From Mobula birostris (taxonomy: Eukaryota), in the NCBI RefSeq assembly GCF_030028105.1, contig NC_092385.1:37662774-37726773 (forward strand): 64,000 nt of DNA, read 5' to 3'. The translations under genes were made by a program, and so were the position numbers. Shown one piece after another: positions 26,416 to 38,423 of this stretch. The notes below the pieces were generated by a model. The model saw only the letters and a program-made list of their open reading frames with translations. It was not told where the DNA came from and did not search any database. Each line of letters starts with the position of its first letter. Position 1 is the first letter of the stretch.

Positions 26416-26924
26416 ACAGTTGTTATTCACTTGGCATATATTAATACAAACACGGGAAGTTCCTCTATGTTAAATGCTTTTTTCTATTTGAGATTTGCAA
26501 CTGTAGTTTTATGTAATTCCGATCCACATTATGTGATGCTCCACTTGGGTGAGTTGTATGAAAATACCTGCTGCATAGTTCCTTTGATCAATAAGTTGTT
26601 TCAATCATTTTATGTTGATTACAAAAGACAAATATTTTCAGGTGTGTTTCAAGGTGTAATACCTTTGCATTCAAAAAAGACAGCAGAGCTATTTAATCTG
26701 ATGATATTATACTGCACAAATCCTATGCCAATGGCCTCTTTTTTTTTTAACCTAATTCCCCTGTTAAAACTCAGTATAAGGGCAGTTACTTATTCTACAT
26801 TGTCATACCAATCGCTGACTATTTGCAATTTTTAAGTGGTTCAGCTAATGAGAGGCCATTCACTCAAAGTCAGAAAAGAAACTCTATATTCTGACCCTGG
26901 GCTTGAGTTAAAGACCACTCAACC

Positions 26925-28928
26925 CAAGGAACCACGGGAAACGTTCAGCCTAGATGGGGTACCTGGCCGAGTACTAAAGACCTTTGATCAATTGGCTGGA
27001 GTGTTCACTGATATCTTTAACCTCTCACTTTGGCAGCCTGAGGTATCCACCTACTAATGTCCAGTAGCATTACATCCACTATGATGAAGCATTTTGAAAG
27101 GTTGGTGATGAAGCACATCAACTCCTGCTTGATAAGTGACTTGGATCTGCTCCAATTTGCGTACCAGAGCAATAGATCCACAAAACATGCTATTTCACTT
27201 GCTCTTCACTCAACCCTGGAATATCTGGACTGCAAAGATTAACACATCAGAATGCTTTTCATTGACTAATATCATCCCCTCAAAACTATTCAATGAGTTT
27301 CAAGACCTTAGCCTCAATATCTCCTTGTGCAATTGGAAAATGGATTTCCTCACTTGCAGACCCCAGTCAGTTTCAATTGGTTTCAACATCTCTTCCACAA
27401 TCTCCATCAGCACAGGTGCACCAAAAGGCTGTGTGCTTAGTCCCCTGTTCTACTTGCTTTACACATATGACTGCGTGGCTAATCACAGCTCCAATTCTTT
27501 ATTTAAGTTTGCTGACGACACCACTGCCGTCAGCCGAATCAAAGGTGGTGATGAATCACCATTTAGAAAGGAGACTGAAAATCTGGTTGAGTGGTGTGAC
27601 AACAATAAACTCTTGCTCAATGTCAGCAAGACCAAGGAGCTGATTGCTGACTTCAAGCAGAGGTCCATGAGCTAGTCCTCATCAAGGGACTGAAGGTGGA
27701 GAGGGTCAGCATGCATGTGCAATTATGAAGAAAGCATGGCAAAGTGTCTACTTCCTTAGAAGTTTACAAAGATTTGGCATGACATCTAAAACTTTAACAA
27801 ACTTATATAGATGTGTGGTGGATAGTATATTGGCTAGTTGCATCATGGCCTGTATGGAAACACCAATGCAACGGAATGGAAGACCCTACAAATAGTAGTG
27901 GATAAGACCCGACAAATAGTAGTGGATACTGTACAGTCCATCAGGTGTAAAGCCCTCTCCACCATTGAGCACATCTACATGGAGTGTTGTACAGGAAAGT
28001 AGTATCCATCATCAGGAAGCCCCACCACCCAGGTGTTCCTCTAATGTCTACATGAGGAAGAAGGTACAGGAGCTTCAGAGCTTATACCGCCAGGTTCAGG
28101 AACAGTTATTACACCTCAACCATCATCTCTTGAACCTGAGGGGTTAATGAGAAAGGATCTAGTGCTTTCGCGGTGCATATGATGAATAAACTCTTCTCGG
28201 GCTTCAAGCCAGGTACAAGTATTAATTATAACTAATGTAACCAATGATCTGCCATCTTCATCAGGGATGATGTCTGGGCATGTCTAATCCAGTGGTATTT
28301 TTACTCCTGTATTCTGTCCATCCTGATTGGTTAGTCCTCATCCAATCAGGTATCTGCTCTCCCACCTTGCTTACAATCAAACTCCTGTTCTTACTTCAAA
28401 AGGAGCGAAACCTTCATCTTAGTTAAAGTTCTTTTCCTCTAGTTTTATTTCGATGGCCTCCTTTACCAGCTGTCCCAAAAGCCATTGGCACAGCACAGTA
28501 GTTGAAGTCCATCCTACGACCATTGCGAATGCAATGTTGTGCTACTACCAATTTCTCCAAGTAATCCAAACAGATACACCTCCAAAGATCCTTGATGTGT
28601 TAACTCCCGAGGGGTTAACTTCATAACTTCACTGCCCCATTATTGAACTGTTCCCACAATCTATGGAATCACTTTCAAGGAATCTTCATCTCATGTTCTC
28701 CATATTTATTGCTTATTTATTATTCTTATTTCTTATTTTTTCTTTCGTATTTGCATAGCTTGCTGTCTTTTGCACACTAGTTGTCTGCCATGTTGGGCAT
28801 GGATAATTCATTGATTCTATTATGGTTATTGGATTGAGTATGCCCACAAGAACACTAACACCAAGGTTGTACATGGTGACATACACTACATGGACTTTGA
28901 TAATAAATTTACTTTTAACTTTGAACTG
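26925..28928 (+). mobile_element. Rex1/Babar-type LINE (RT to 3' end)
   Basis: DGVPGRVLK, QLAGVFTDIFNLSL, MKHFERLV, GAPKGCVLSP, FKFADDTT and NVSKTKEL motifs; (TTTGAAC)-type tail. Confidence 0.9.
28148..28608 (-). mobile_element. Second-family Penelope-like 3' fragment inserted in Rex1, with a 10-bp TSD
   Basis: The reverse strand encodes VVAQHCIRNG and LVKEAIEIKLEEKNFN-DEG (GIY-YIG C-terminus). GAGGGGTTAA occurs at 28138-28147 and 28609-28618. CTGATGA lies at 28258-28264 on the minus strand. Confidence 0.8.
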
Positions 28929-30104
28929 AGTTTTCTGCAGCTGATAATAGAAAAGAATTGCATTCAACAAGATTGCGTACAAGATGGCAATTTTTTTCCA
29001 ATAGTTGACATAGATTTAGGTTGAATTGGGGATCTGCTCTAGGCCTCACAAACCCTTTTTCATGCACTGGCTCTCATTCCTAATTATGAAGCCAGGCTAT
29101 CCCCAGCAGCTAGTCATGCTATATTATTATTTTATATTGACATGTTGCTCCTCTGGGTCTGTTCTATAAAATGGGAAGTGAATTTGCTTTCTCTTAAAAT
29201 CCTCGAGTCTCCCTTCTGAGCAATCAGCTACATGCTTGCCACAATTTTTTCTTATATTTGTTAATCAATTGCTCTTACTGTCTATCTCTTTGGGCCTAAT
29301 TGTGTTTCAGTTTGGGTGAAAACAAATGTTAGCAACTTACTGAAATTGAACTGAATCGTTTCAATATTCTGTTAAAATATTCCTGTGGAGCCTGCAATGA
29401 AGTGGTAATAAGCTCAGTGTTTTGAATTAAACTAAAAAAGTTGGATAGTATATCTTTTTGAAAGAATAAACTTTAAAACTCTGTCCAATTATTTTTAGTT
29501 CAATGAAGGTTTAAGTTGAGGTTTATTTTAATAATTTTGTTTATTGTGTTTACATGAGCACAGCCCCTCCAAAACAAAGTCCTCAGTTGTTGACTGTCTT
29601 GAATTACTGTTGCGAATTTTGTAACTTAGTTGATAGAGCTTAAACTTAGAACTGACCAGAGAGAATAAAAAAGAGTCAGTGTGAGAATAAATCATTCTGA
29701 ACTTTGACATAAAGCGCAGTTGAAAAATAACAAAGAAATTTACATCATGCTGCCAGTTTATAAGGAGAAATGCTAATCACTGTGTTGAACAGGCAGTAAT
29801 CAACTGGTTACTTTACATTGGTAGGTCACAGAGGCACTCGTTTTAGATAGATATTTACAAAGAAATTAAAAATATTAATTTTTGAGCCTAATAATTCCTA
29901 AAAATTGTTTAAAATTTCTGAATGTCCCATTTTTAAAAGAATAATTTGAGGTTGGACTTGTGATGATCTAATAAAAATGTGAGTCCTTTAATGTGAGTAC
30001 AGTAATTATATCACAAATTAAATTTTGGATCTACTGGTAATAAGTCCATTAGTTTAAAGATACTTATGAAAAAGGATAGGACTTGCCCTTGTATTGAGGT
30101 TATA

Positions 30105-32240
30105 ACTTGGAAAGGCCAGTTACGATGGTATCAGAGAGGATCTGGCAAGTGTGGTTACGACAGGTTGTTTTCTGACAAAGGCGCTCTTCGAAAGAGGGAT
30201 GCCTTCAAAAGTGAAATTTTGAGAGTACAGAGTTTGTATGTTCCTGTCAGAATAAAAGGCAAGGATGATAGATTTAGGGAACCTTAGCTTTTGAGAGATA
30301 TTGAGGTACTGTTTAAGACGAAGAATGAAATGCAGAGGTGGTACAGGCAGCAAGAAAAAACTGAGGTATTTGAGGGGAATAGGAACTGCCAAAGAGTACT
30401 AAAGAGGGGAAACAAGAGGGCTGAAAGAAGGCATGAGGTTGCTCATGCAGACAAGGTGAATGTGGCTCCCAAAGGCTTCTACAGATATATTAAGAGCAAA
30501 AGCATAGCAAGGGGCAAAATTGGTCTTCTTGAAGATCAGCATGGTCATCAATGCATGGAGCTGAAAGAGATGGGGGAGATTTTAAATGGATTTTTTGCAC
30601 CTGTATTTACTCAGGAGGTGACCACAGTGTCTATTGAACTGAGGTGAGATTGTAGTGAACTTATAGACCTTACATGTATTACAGAGGAGAAGGTACTTGC
30701 TATCTTGAGGTAAATTAAAGTGGATAAATCCTCAGGGACTGACAAGGTGTCCCCTTGGAACTTGTGGGAGAATAGTGCAGAAATTGCAAGGGTATTCAAG
30801 TGTCCTGAGCAACAGGTGAGGTGCCAAAGGACTGGAGGCTAGCTAATGTTCTGTTGTTTAAGAAAGGCTCTAAGAATAAACCAGGAAATTACAGGCTGGT
30901 GAGCTTTGCGTCATAGTGGGTAAGTTATTGAAACATATTCTAAGTAACTGGATATTTAAGCATTTGAACAGACAAGAACTGATTAGGGATAGTCAACATG
31001 GTTTTGCGCGTGTTAGGTCATGTCTAACGAATCTTATAGTGTTTTTCAAGGAGTTACCAGGAAAGTTGATAAAGGAAAGGAAGAGGATGTTGACAAGGAA
31101 CCTCATGGGAGATTGGTCAAGAAGGTTCAGTTGCTTGGCATTCAGCACAAGTAGTAAATTGGATTAGACATTGGCTTCCAGGGAGAAGCCGCCAGAAAGT
31201 GGTAGTAGATGGCTGCCTCTCTGACTGGAGGCATGTGACTAGTAGAATGCCACAGGGATCGGTGCTGGGTCTGTTGGTTGTTTATTATCTATGTTAATGT
31301 TTTAAATGAAAATGTGGTAAACTGGATCACCAAATTTGAGGATGACTCTAAGATTGGGGTCATACTGGACAGTGAGGAAGGCCATCAAAACTTGCAGTGT
31401 TATGTGAACCAGCTGGGCAAATGAGCTGAGAAACAGCAGATGCAATTTAATGCAGACAAGTGTGTGGTGTGGCACTTTGGGAGAACAAACCATGGTAGGG
31501 CTTACATGGTGAATGACTGAGCACTGAGGTGTGTGGCAGCACACAGGAATCTGAGAATACATATCCACGAATTTGTTAAAAGTGGTGTCACACATGGATA
31601 AAGTCATAACAACAGCTTTTAGCACATCGACCTTCATAAATCAAAGTACTGAGTATAGCAGCTGGGATGTTATGGTGAAGTTGTATAAGACATCGGTGAG
31701 ACTTATTTTGGAGTATTATGTGCAGTTCTGGTTGGTCCTCTACCGACAAGAAAGATATCAATAAGATTGAAAGAGTACAGAGAAAATTTACAAGGATGCT
31801 GTTAGATCTTGGGGACCTGAATTATAGGAAGAAATTGAATAGGCTAGGATTTTATCCCTGGAGTAAAGGAGAATGGGAGGAGATTTGATAGTGGTATACG
31901 AAATTGTAAGGGGTATAGATAGGGTAAATACAGCAGGCTTTTCCCACTGAGGTCAAGTGAGACTAGAGCTAGAAGTTATAGGTTAAGGGTGGAGGATGGA
32001 ATATTTAAGGGGAACATGAGGGGAAACTTCTTCACTCAGATGATAGTGACTCTGTGGAATGGGCTGTCAGCAGAAGTGGTTCAATTTCAACATTTAAGCA
32101 AAGTTTGGATAGGTATATGTATGGAAGGGGTATGGACGGCTATGGTCCAGGTGCAGGTCATGGGACTAGGCATAATAATGGTTCAGCACAGACTAGGTTG
32201 GCCAGATCTCCTGTTTCTGTGCTGTAGTTCTCTACAACTC
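30105..32240 (+). mobile_element. CR1 LINE, decayed ORF2
   Basis: KGFYRYIKSK, SQHGF, SCLTNL, PQGSVLG, KFEDD and GNFFTQ motifs. Confidence 0.9.
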
Positions 32241-32426
32241 CGTGAATTTGTGAGCCCAGTTAACTTTTTGATAAGTTTAATTAACTTGTTAATTAAGTTT
32301 AAGAGTAAGCTTTACCACATTGAATTTACTGAAAGAACAACTATAAAATGTAATGCAGTCATAATGTTTTCATAGTACTTTTCCACTTTGACATTAAGAA
32401 TCCTCTTTTAAAAGAGCAACCATTCA

Positions 32427-32894
32427 CGAGGGGTGATTGATAAGTTCGTGGCCTAAGGTAGAAGGAGTCAATTTTAGAAAACCTGGCACATTTATTTTTC
32501 AACATAGTCCCCTCCTACACTTAGTTGGTAGGAGTGTGTAACACTTACACATAGTCCAGTGGTCATGGAGCATACAGATCCTGGACCTCCAGAAAGTGTA
32601 CACAGCAGGGGTGATCGATACGTTCGTGGCCTAAGGTAGACGATGAGTTATACGGCTCTCATTACATGCACATGCAGTTCAACACTTTGAGTGACTATAC
32701 AAAAAGCTTTAAGTTAATAACTTAGCAATCACCCTTGCCGCAGACACTTTCTGGAGGTCCACAATCCGTATGCTCCACGACCGCTGAACTAAGTGTGTAA
32801 ATGTAGGAGGGGTCTATGCTGAAAAATAAATGTGCTAGGTTTTCTAAAATTGACTCTTTCTACCTTAGGCCACAAACTTATCAGTCACCCCTCC
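32427..32894. mobile_element. Foldback mariner-like MITE with long TIRs
   Basis: Ends are CGAGGGGTGATTGATAAGTTCGTGGCCTAAGGTAGAA and TTCTACCTTAGGCCACAAACTTATCAGTCACCCCTCC. Flanks are CA (left) and TA (right). The arms are complementary over ~190 bp. Confidence 0.88.
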
Positions 32895-33528
32895 TAATAA
32901 CATCTGTTGTATGTGATCTTGAGTTGTATTGATATACATTCCAAAAAGTTGCTATTGGTCATACAGGTTGTAGAATAAACGTACTGCATGCCTGTAATTT
33001 TAATAGAGATGCTGGCTGTTTCACATCAGCTACTCCTTTTAAAAAACCATCCAAAGGAATTTCAAATGAAGGCATGAATGGTCATTCACAAATACTGCTG
33101 AATAATTTATAGGTATTTTATATTGTGGTATTATTGTAAATTAAAATTTTCACCATTGGCTAAATAATCAAAAATAAATTCAAAAATTTAATCAAGTTAG
33201 CAATGGTTTCTTAACTTTTGATAATTCAACAAACTGGGAAGTGCTATTTAAATATACATCACACGACTTTTAGTATTAGGCAAAACTATATATTTTTAGT
33301 GCTGTTTGTTTCATTCTTTACAAAATTTAATCTTTGTACCCTGTTTAAGATAGGGAATGTTAATTAAATTGTTTTGATTGATATAGTTCAGTGAAGTTAC
33401 TGTATTTCAGGCAGTATAATTAGCAATCACTGAGTACATGTAAGCAAAGTTTATAAGTAAAAATGTCACAGGTACTTTGAAACGATTATTATTGCACAAT
33501 TATAGTGCAACAGATGTTTGTAAAGACT

Positions 33529-33534
33529 TTTATT
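33529..33534 (-). terminator. Candidate distal polyadenylation signal
   Basis: AATAAA on the minus strand near the end of the repeat-free zone. Confidence 0.35.
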
Positions 33535-34610
33535 TCAAAACACAATTTAATAACCTTTCATTACAACAACAAAGCATTATTAATTTCAACATTCATTTAA
33601 ATCCAATTTAAATGGATTTTCAATAAGACACTGAGCAGCTGTTAAATCTTGAGTTGTTTGTTCTCTTTTGGCTTATGCATTTTGAATTATTCAGCTGTGC
33701 ATGTGCCAGAGACATTTTGAGCTGGATGGAAATTCTTGAAATATGGATTTTCTACTTGGGCGTAGAATAATAAAAAGCATGTGTGCTTTAAAGAGGGGTC
33801 ACTTAATGAGGAATGCAAGAAGTATAGAGTTACTTCTGTATCCCATTACAACATGCGCTAATATTTGCTAAACAAACTTTTGGAACATTTGTGCATTACA
33901 TGCAGAAGTATTTTTTCAAGCAACTTGCCAATCCAGCAAAATGGTGATTCCATAGGGGCTTTTTAAAGATAGCAAGCTAATCATATATTTGATTGCATAT
34001 CTCATATAGTGACCCTGATCATTCTGTGACCCAAATTAAAATGATACCTCCTGACATTTATAAGACTGAGCAATAAGATAAACTAGAAACAATTCATGTC
34101 ACTTAAAGCTTTTTAACGAATCGATGCAACTATTTGTAATTGCTTGTTTCACAAGATTAAAAGTGTACAGACCTGACCTGTGTACTCAGTTTTGTGGCTA
34201 ACATGACCTGTGCATCGGTCGTTAAAACAAACCACTTTGTGATCAGCAATAATTTCCATCAAGAAATCCATATTACTAATATTTCTAGAATTTTAATGCA
34301 GTTTGAATTTATAGCTGATCAAATGCAGTAACCTAAATTGCTGTTACAAGGAGACAGTTTAACTGACATTATTAATTATGGGAGAATTTAATGTTTAAGT
34401 ACCGGCACTTGTACTGGTCAGCTTTGTGACTGGGTCACGAAAGAGTCAGAATAGTGCTTGATAACTAGCCATTTCATCTGTTATGAGGAAATTTTCATGA
34501 TATGTGATTAAAAATGAGAGTAACACCGGAAAATGATGACTTTGGGTTTTGCAGGGATCAACATAATCCTGAAAATGACAACACTGCAAACAGTGTGAAC
34601 AACCAGCATT

Positions 34611-34616
34611 TTTATT
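34611..34616 (-). terminator. Candidate polyadenylation signal of FOXP1
   Basis: AATAAA on the minus strand, followed by GTTGTTCACACTGTTTGCAGTGTTGTCATTTT (GU-rich downstream element). Confidence 0.5.
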
Positions 34617-35170
34617 GCATTTGAGAATGCTAATGTCAGTAATTAGTACTGACTACACACATGAATTTTTTTATTGTCTGCATCAACAGACATGGAATGA
34701 TGGATTACACTGATGTAAGGAATGAGTTCCTGTATGCCTCTACAATAATCTCTTAACTGGCAGCAACAACATTCAAAGCACCATGATAACACAATGTCCT
34801 CAGTCTGTACCATTTTCCAAACAACCCTTTACGAAACAGATTTTAATTTACTGGTTTTTGACAGTGTAAAGGCTGTGACTCTCATTCCTGACATTGAAGT
34901 TACCTGAATCATGGTACTTCGATCATGATAATGTATGCTTTTCTTAGAGAAAAAGCATGTAACAAATTATCTTTACATCTTGGCACCTTGTAAAGTTCTT
35001 TTTTTTAAAAAAATTATTCAACAGGTTGACACTCCCCAGTTTTAATAATCATTACTTCACTGCAACTGGCCCTGGAATTCATCATGCTAAGTATTCACGA
35101 CAGCAGGAAGAGAAATGACTTTTTAAACTGTCTTCTCCAAATCCTTCAAACTTTTAAGACAGCTGCAGAG

Positions 35171-35177
35171 GGCAGTG
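35171..35177 (-). promoter_or_regulatory. miR-34/449 7mer-m8 site (second copy at 37781-37787)
   Basis: Plus strand GGCAGTG equals CACTGCC in the mRNA. Confidence 0.5.
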
Positions 35178-36753
35178 GCTGGACCTTTGTAAGCGAGAAG
35201 TATCAAAACAGCCTAACACAAACAAAACTGTACAAAATGCTTCGTTCAACGGTAACTTAAAATTCTGTCAACTGTACTACAGTTAAAGCAAAAAAAAGAA
35301 AGGGATTTTCTCCCAACTGTCAGCAACTGTCTTCCGTTATTCTCAAAGCAAGGGTTAATAAGTAAAATACATGTGCAGAACATTTTGCAGTTTCAATACA
35401 TACAGTCGTTTTCAAAGCTTTCTTTTAATATAGTCAATACAAAGCAGTTGCACAAAAGCAAATGTGATTTAAACAGATTTTTTTTTGTTTTGGGGCTTAA
35501 AAGAACAGTGTTTAAAAAGAAACAGAAAAGACAAAGGCTTGCACTGACACATTGGGATATTTATGTACAATGTAACAAACCCCCACCCTTTAGAAGCAAC
35601 TGTATATCCAAACGGATATGGTGACAACGTTCAGTCATTGAAATCCTGTACATAAAGAGCCTGAGGTTCAGAGTTGATTCTGCTGAAAGGCTGTGGCACC
35701 TGCTAGATAAGCAAGCTCTAAGTTTGCTAGTCTTTAGACTAAACATGCAAGACATACAACTAAGTGCAACTGAGTGAAATGTTTTATTTTTCATTCCCTA
35801 AAAGTCTGAACTGAGGTATGCGTACTAACAGTTTCTCATGCTGTTAACTTTAGTCATGTCTAGCTACACATGCTGAGAATGTACTAATCTAACCATCTTA
35901 TTCCCTCAAATACAGAGTTAACCAACAGGCCACTCAGTTTGAAAGCATGGAATCTCTTCTCATGATCCCATTCAGCAACTGCCTGTACATCCTCATGAAG
36001 CTGCCTGGAATGCCATTACAAATATATATTTTAAAAGACCACAGACTGCCCATTTAACAGAAAGTTGGATTATGCTGAAAAATAACTGCTGTAATGTCTC
36101 TTGTACCAAGCGAACGAGTGCACAGGAGTGTTTCTGTATGATGAACGTGGAAACGAAACAATTCTGAAAAAGTGTGCCAAGGTAAACTAAATGCGAGTTA
36201 CCTCGGCATCCAGTAGATTGGTCTCCAAACAAAAGTGGCACACCATCTTTCAAACACAGCCTCCATAATGAGCATTTTCCTAAAGAAAAACTTATTATAT
36301 GGTCCAGTTCTATCTCGAAAGCTATTCCTTTGCTCTCTGTATTACAGTTGGAATCTTGCATCTTCAGCTTTTTTTCTGCATTACTCTCATCTGCACAGAA
36401 AAGTTCTACATTCACCTTCCCTTGATGGAATGCTCCCTTTCTTTGTGGCCTCAGTGCCATAATTTCCTGGTTTGGTCACCAATTTCTACAATTAAATTTC
36501 CCTACACTGAGCAAATTTGGTCATTATAGGAAAAAGATCTGGGTTTTCGGAGATAATACCTTTGGTTCAAACATCCACCTGGCCTGTTACAGACATTGTT
36601 AAAAGGAGACTTTAACATCATAGGTTATTGTCTGTGCATCAGTCCATTTTTAGCCATTTCCCTCTAGATTCTGGTACCTCCTTTGATCAACAATAAGAGG
36701 ATATTTGGCTTCATCAGATAAAGCATCAAACAGAGAACATAATTTACCTTTAA

Positions 36754-36771
36754 GATCATCTTTGGTAATCT
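36754..36771 (-). promoter_or_regulatory. miR-9 8mer target site with extended pairing in the FOXP1 3' UTR
   Basis: Plus strand TCTTTGGTAATCT (36759-36771) versus miR-9 UCUUUGGUUAUCU, so the mRNA carries ACCAAAGA. A second 7mer-m8 site lies at 36560-36566. Confidence 0.6.
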
Positions 36772-37371
36772 CAGAAAAAATTATCTGATTTAAAAAACAG
36801 CAAAAATAAATAAAGCTCTGAAAGCTTTTTTTCAACTGACAACCTATATAGTCCTAAATAAATACATGAGAGTGGGGTTTTGGGGAGGTGATAGAAAATG
36901 ACCAGTCGCAGTCTTGAGACAGGAAAGATGTTGAGTGTTATAGAAAACAATTCAATGACCTATATTAACAGAATTACCTTCTGTACGTAAATTTGCTTCA
37001 GGATCACATAGGCTTGCAAGATAAGCTCTAGTGACATAGCTTTCTATTTTGAAATCTACTGCGAACTTTTCTAAGTTTGCTGAAATAACAAATCTCTATT
37101 GAGCTACTTAACACAGCACTGGACATAAAATTCTTAACTGAAAAGCTTAAACTGCAGTGTAAATTATTATTTATACAGACAACATATTTTATGTTCTACT
37201 TGCTTTCAACTCCTGTATCTCCTTACTAGTTGCTGAACCTGAACAGGAATTGATCTATGGTGCATATGCAGGAGACAAGGGATAATTACTAAATATCTTC
37301 TTTTTTTCTGTCATTCTGCCCCCTTGTTCACTGGCTCCACCATTCCTAGAAGTGAACCTTTCTCCGGAGTT

Positions 37372-37379
37372 TGGAATGT
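37372..37379 (-). promoter_or_regulatory. miR-1/206 8mer site
   Basis: Plus strand TGGAATGT equals ACATTCCA in the mRNA. Confidence 0.4.
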
Positions 37380-38278
37380 TGGCTCTGCCACTTGATACTA
37401 AAAGTTGGGCCTGCTGATTTCTGACCCAAAGCAGACAAAATGATCAGTATTGTTAAACTGTACATACAATGAAAACAGGCCTGAGGTTTACTTGTGTTTT
37501 TTTAAAAATAATTTCAATGAAGTTAAGGGGAGTGGATGACAGAAAAACTACTGTATGTGTAACAAATCGATGTGAGGCATTCTGTCCCATTGGTTAAAAA
37601 ACTTAACATTCAACCACTGAACATAGATCTTAATGAGGTCCTCCAAAGGCCTGTGGCCGGCATTTATAAAACTGCTTGGATGCAGCAGAAGCAAACATAG
37701 ACACAGTAAAATTTCAGCAAATTATTTTTCACAAATTATTTCCCTTCTCCCCTGCTCCATGAAAACAAGTGTGGATTAAAGGCAGTGATAGTAAAACAAT
37801 CCACTTCCAGTACTGTGCAATTCAGTTTTAGCCTCAGTCTTCCATTTGAATATGCAAGTTCTGGGAAGAGCTCTATCTGCAGTTTGAACTATTAACAGGT
37901 TTGATCAGACCCATGAGTCCAACTTGGCAGAACTGCAGTCCAGAGTCAGCTGCAAAGTCTGTGAGGGTGACAGTACAGCTCAGTAACTTTCAACACTGAT
38001 GTTGACTTCAGGAGAGGAAAATCCCAAGTACCAAACAAGTCCATCCAATGTATGTAGAATACAAATTCCTTTTTTCCAACAAAAAGTAGAAAAAAATCAG
38101 AAACATTCCCCAATGGGATTCTTAATGGCACTAAAAGTTATTTAAAACATTTCATTACTTTGTCAAAAAGGGGCTGAAAATTCCTCCAAACTGCCACATT
38201 AGGGAGAGATTTCACAGGTAAGTCTGACAAGCTTTCTTTCATTTTAATCTTCATCTCAGGAAATGATGGGAAGCATGC

Positions 38279-38423
38279 TCATTCCATGTCTTCATTCCCT
38301 GGGTCCTCTTCAAATTCTCTGTCATTGTCCAGCTCTGGACTATGATTTGCTGTTGTCACTAAAGACAGGGGCCCTTCCATGTCCTCTGGGTCCATTGGTT
38401 CCTCTTTAACATGAACGGGATAC
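38279..38423 (-). CDS. FOXP1: FOXP1 last coding exon: (M)[47 protein letters not shown]
   Basis: TTTTGTTCTAG acceptor; the phase-2 junction completes ATG; TGA stop at 38279-38281. It contains the VKEE SUMO motif, [13 protein letters not shown] and the NEDME* terminus typical of FOXP1. Confidence 0.96.

Larger units (their letters stand above)
34590..38278 (-). other. FOXP1: FOXP1 3' UTR (about 3.7 kb; may extend to ~33510)
   Basis: It follows the stop codon and contains no recognisable repeats. AATAAA occurs on the minus strand at 34670-34675, 34611-34616 (followed by a GU-rich tract) and 33529-33534. Blocks at ~34960-35890 resemble the mammalian FOXP1 3' UTR as I recall it (not aligned here). 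Confidence 0.75.

Noticed and set aside
35993-36460. 155-aa minus-strand ORF
   Set aside because: It lies in the FOXP1 3' UTR and has no recognisable homology; likely a chance ORF.
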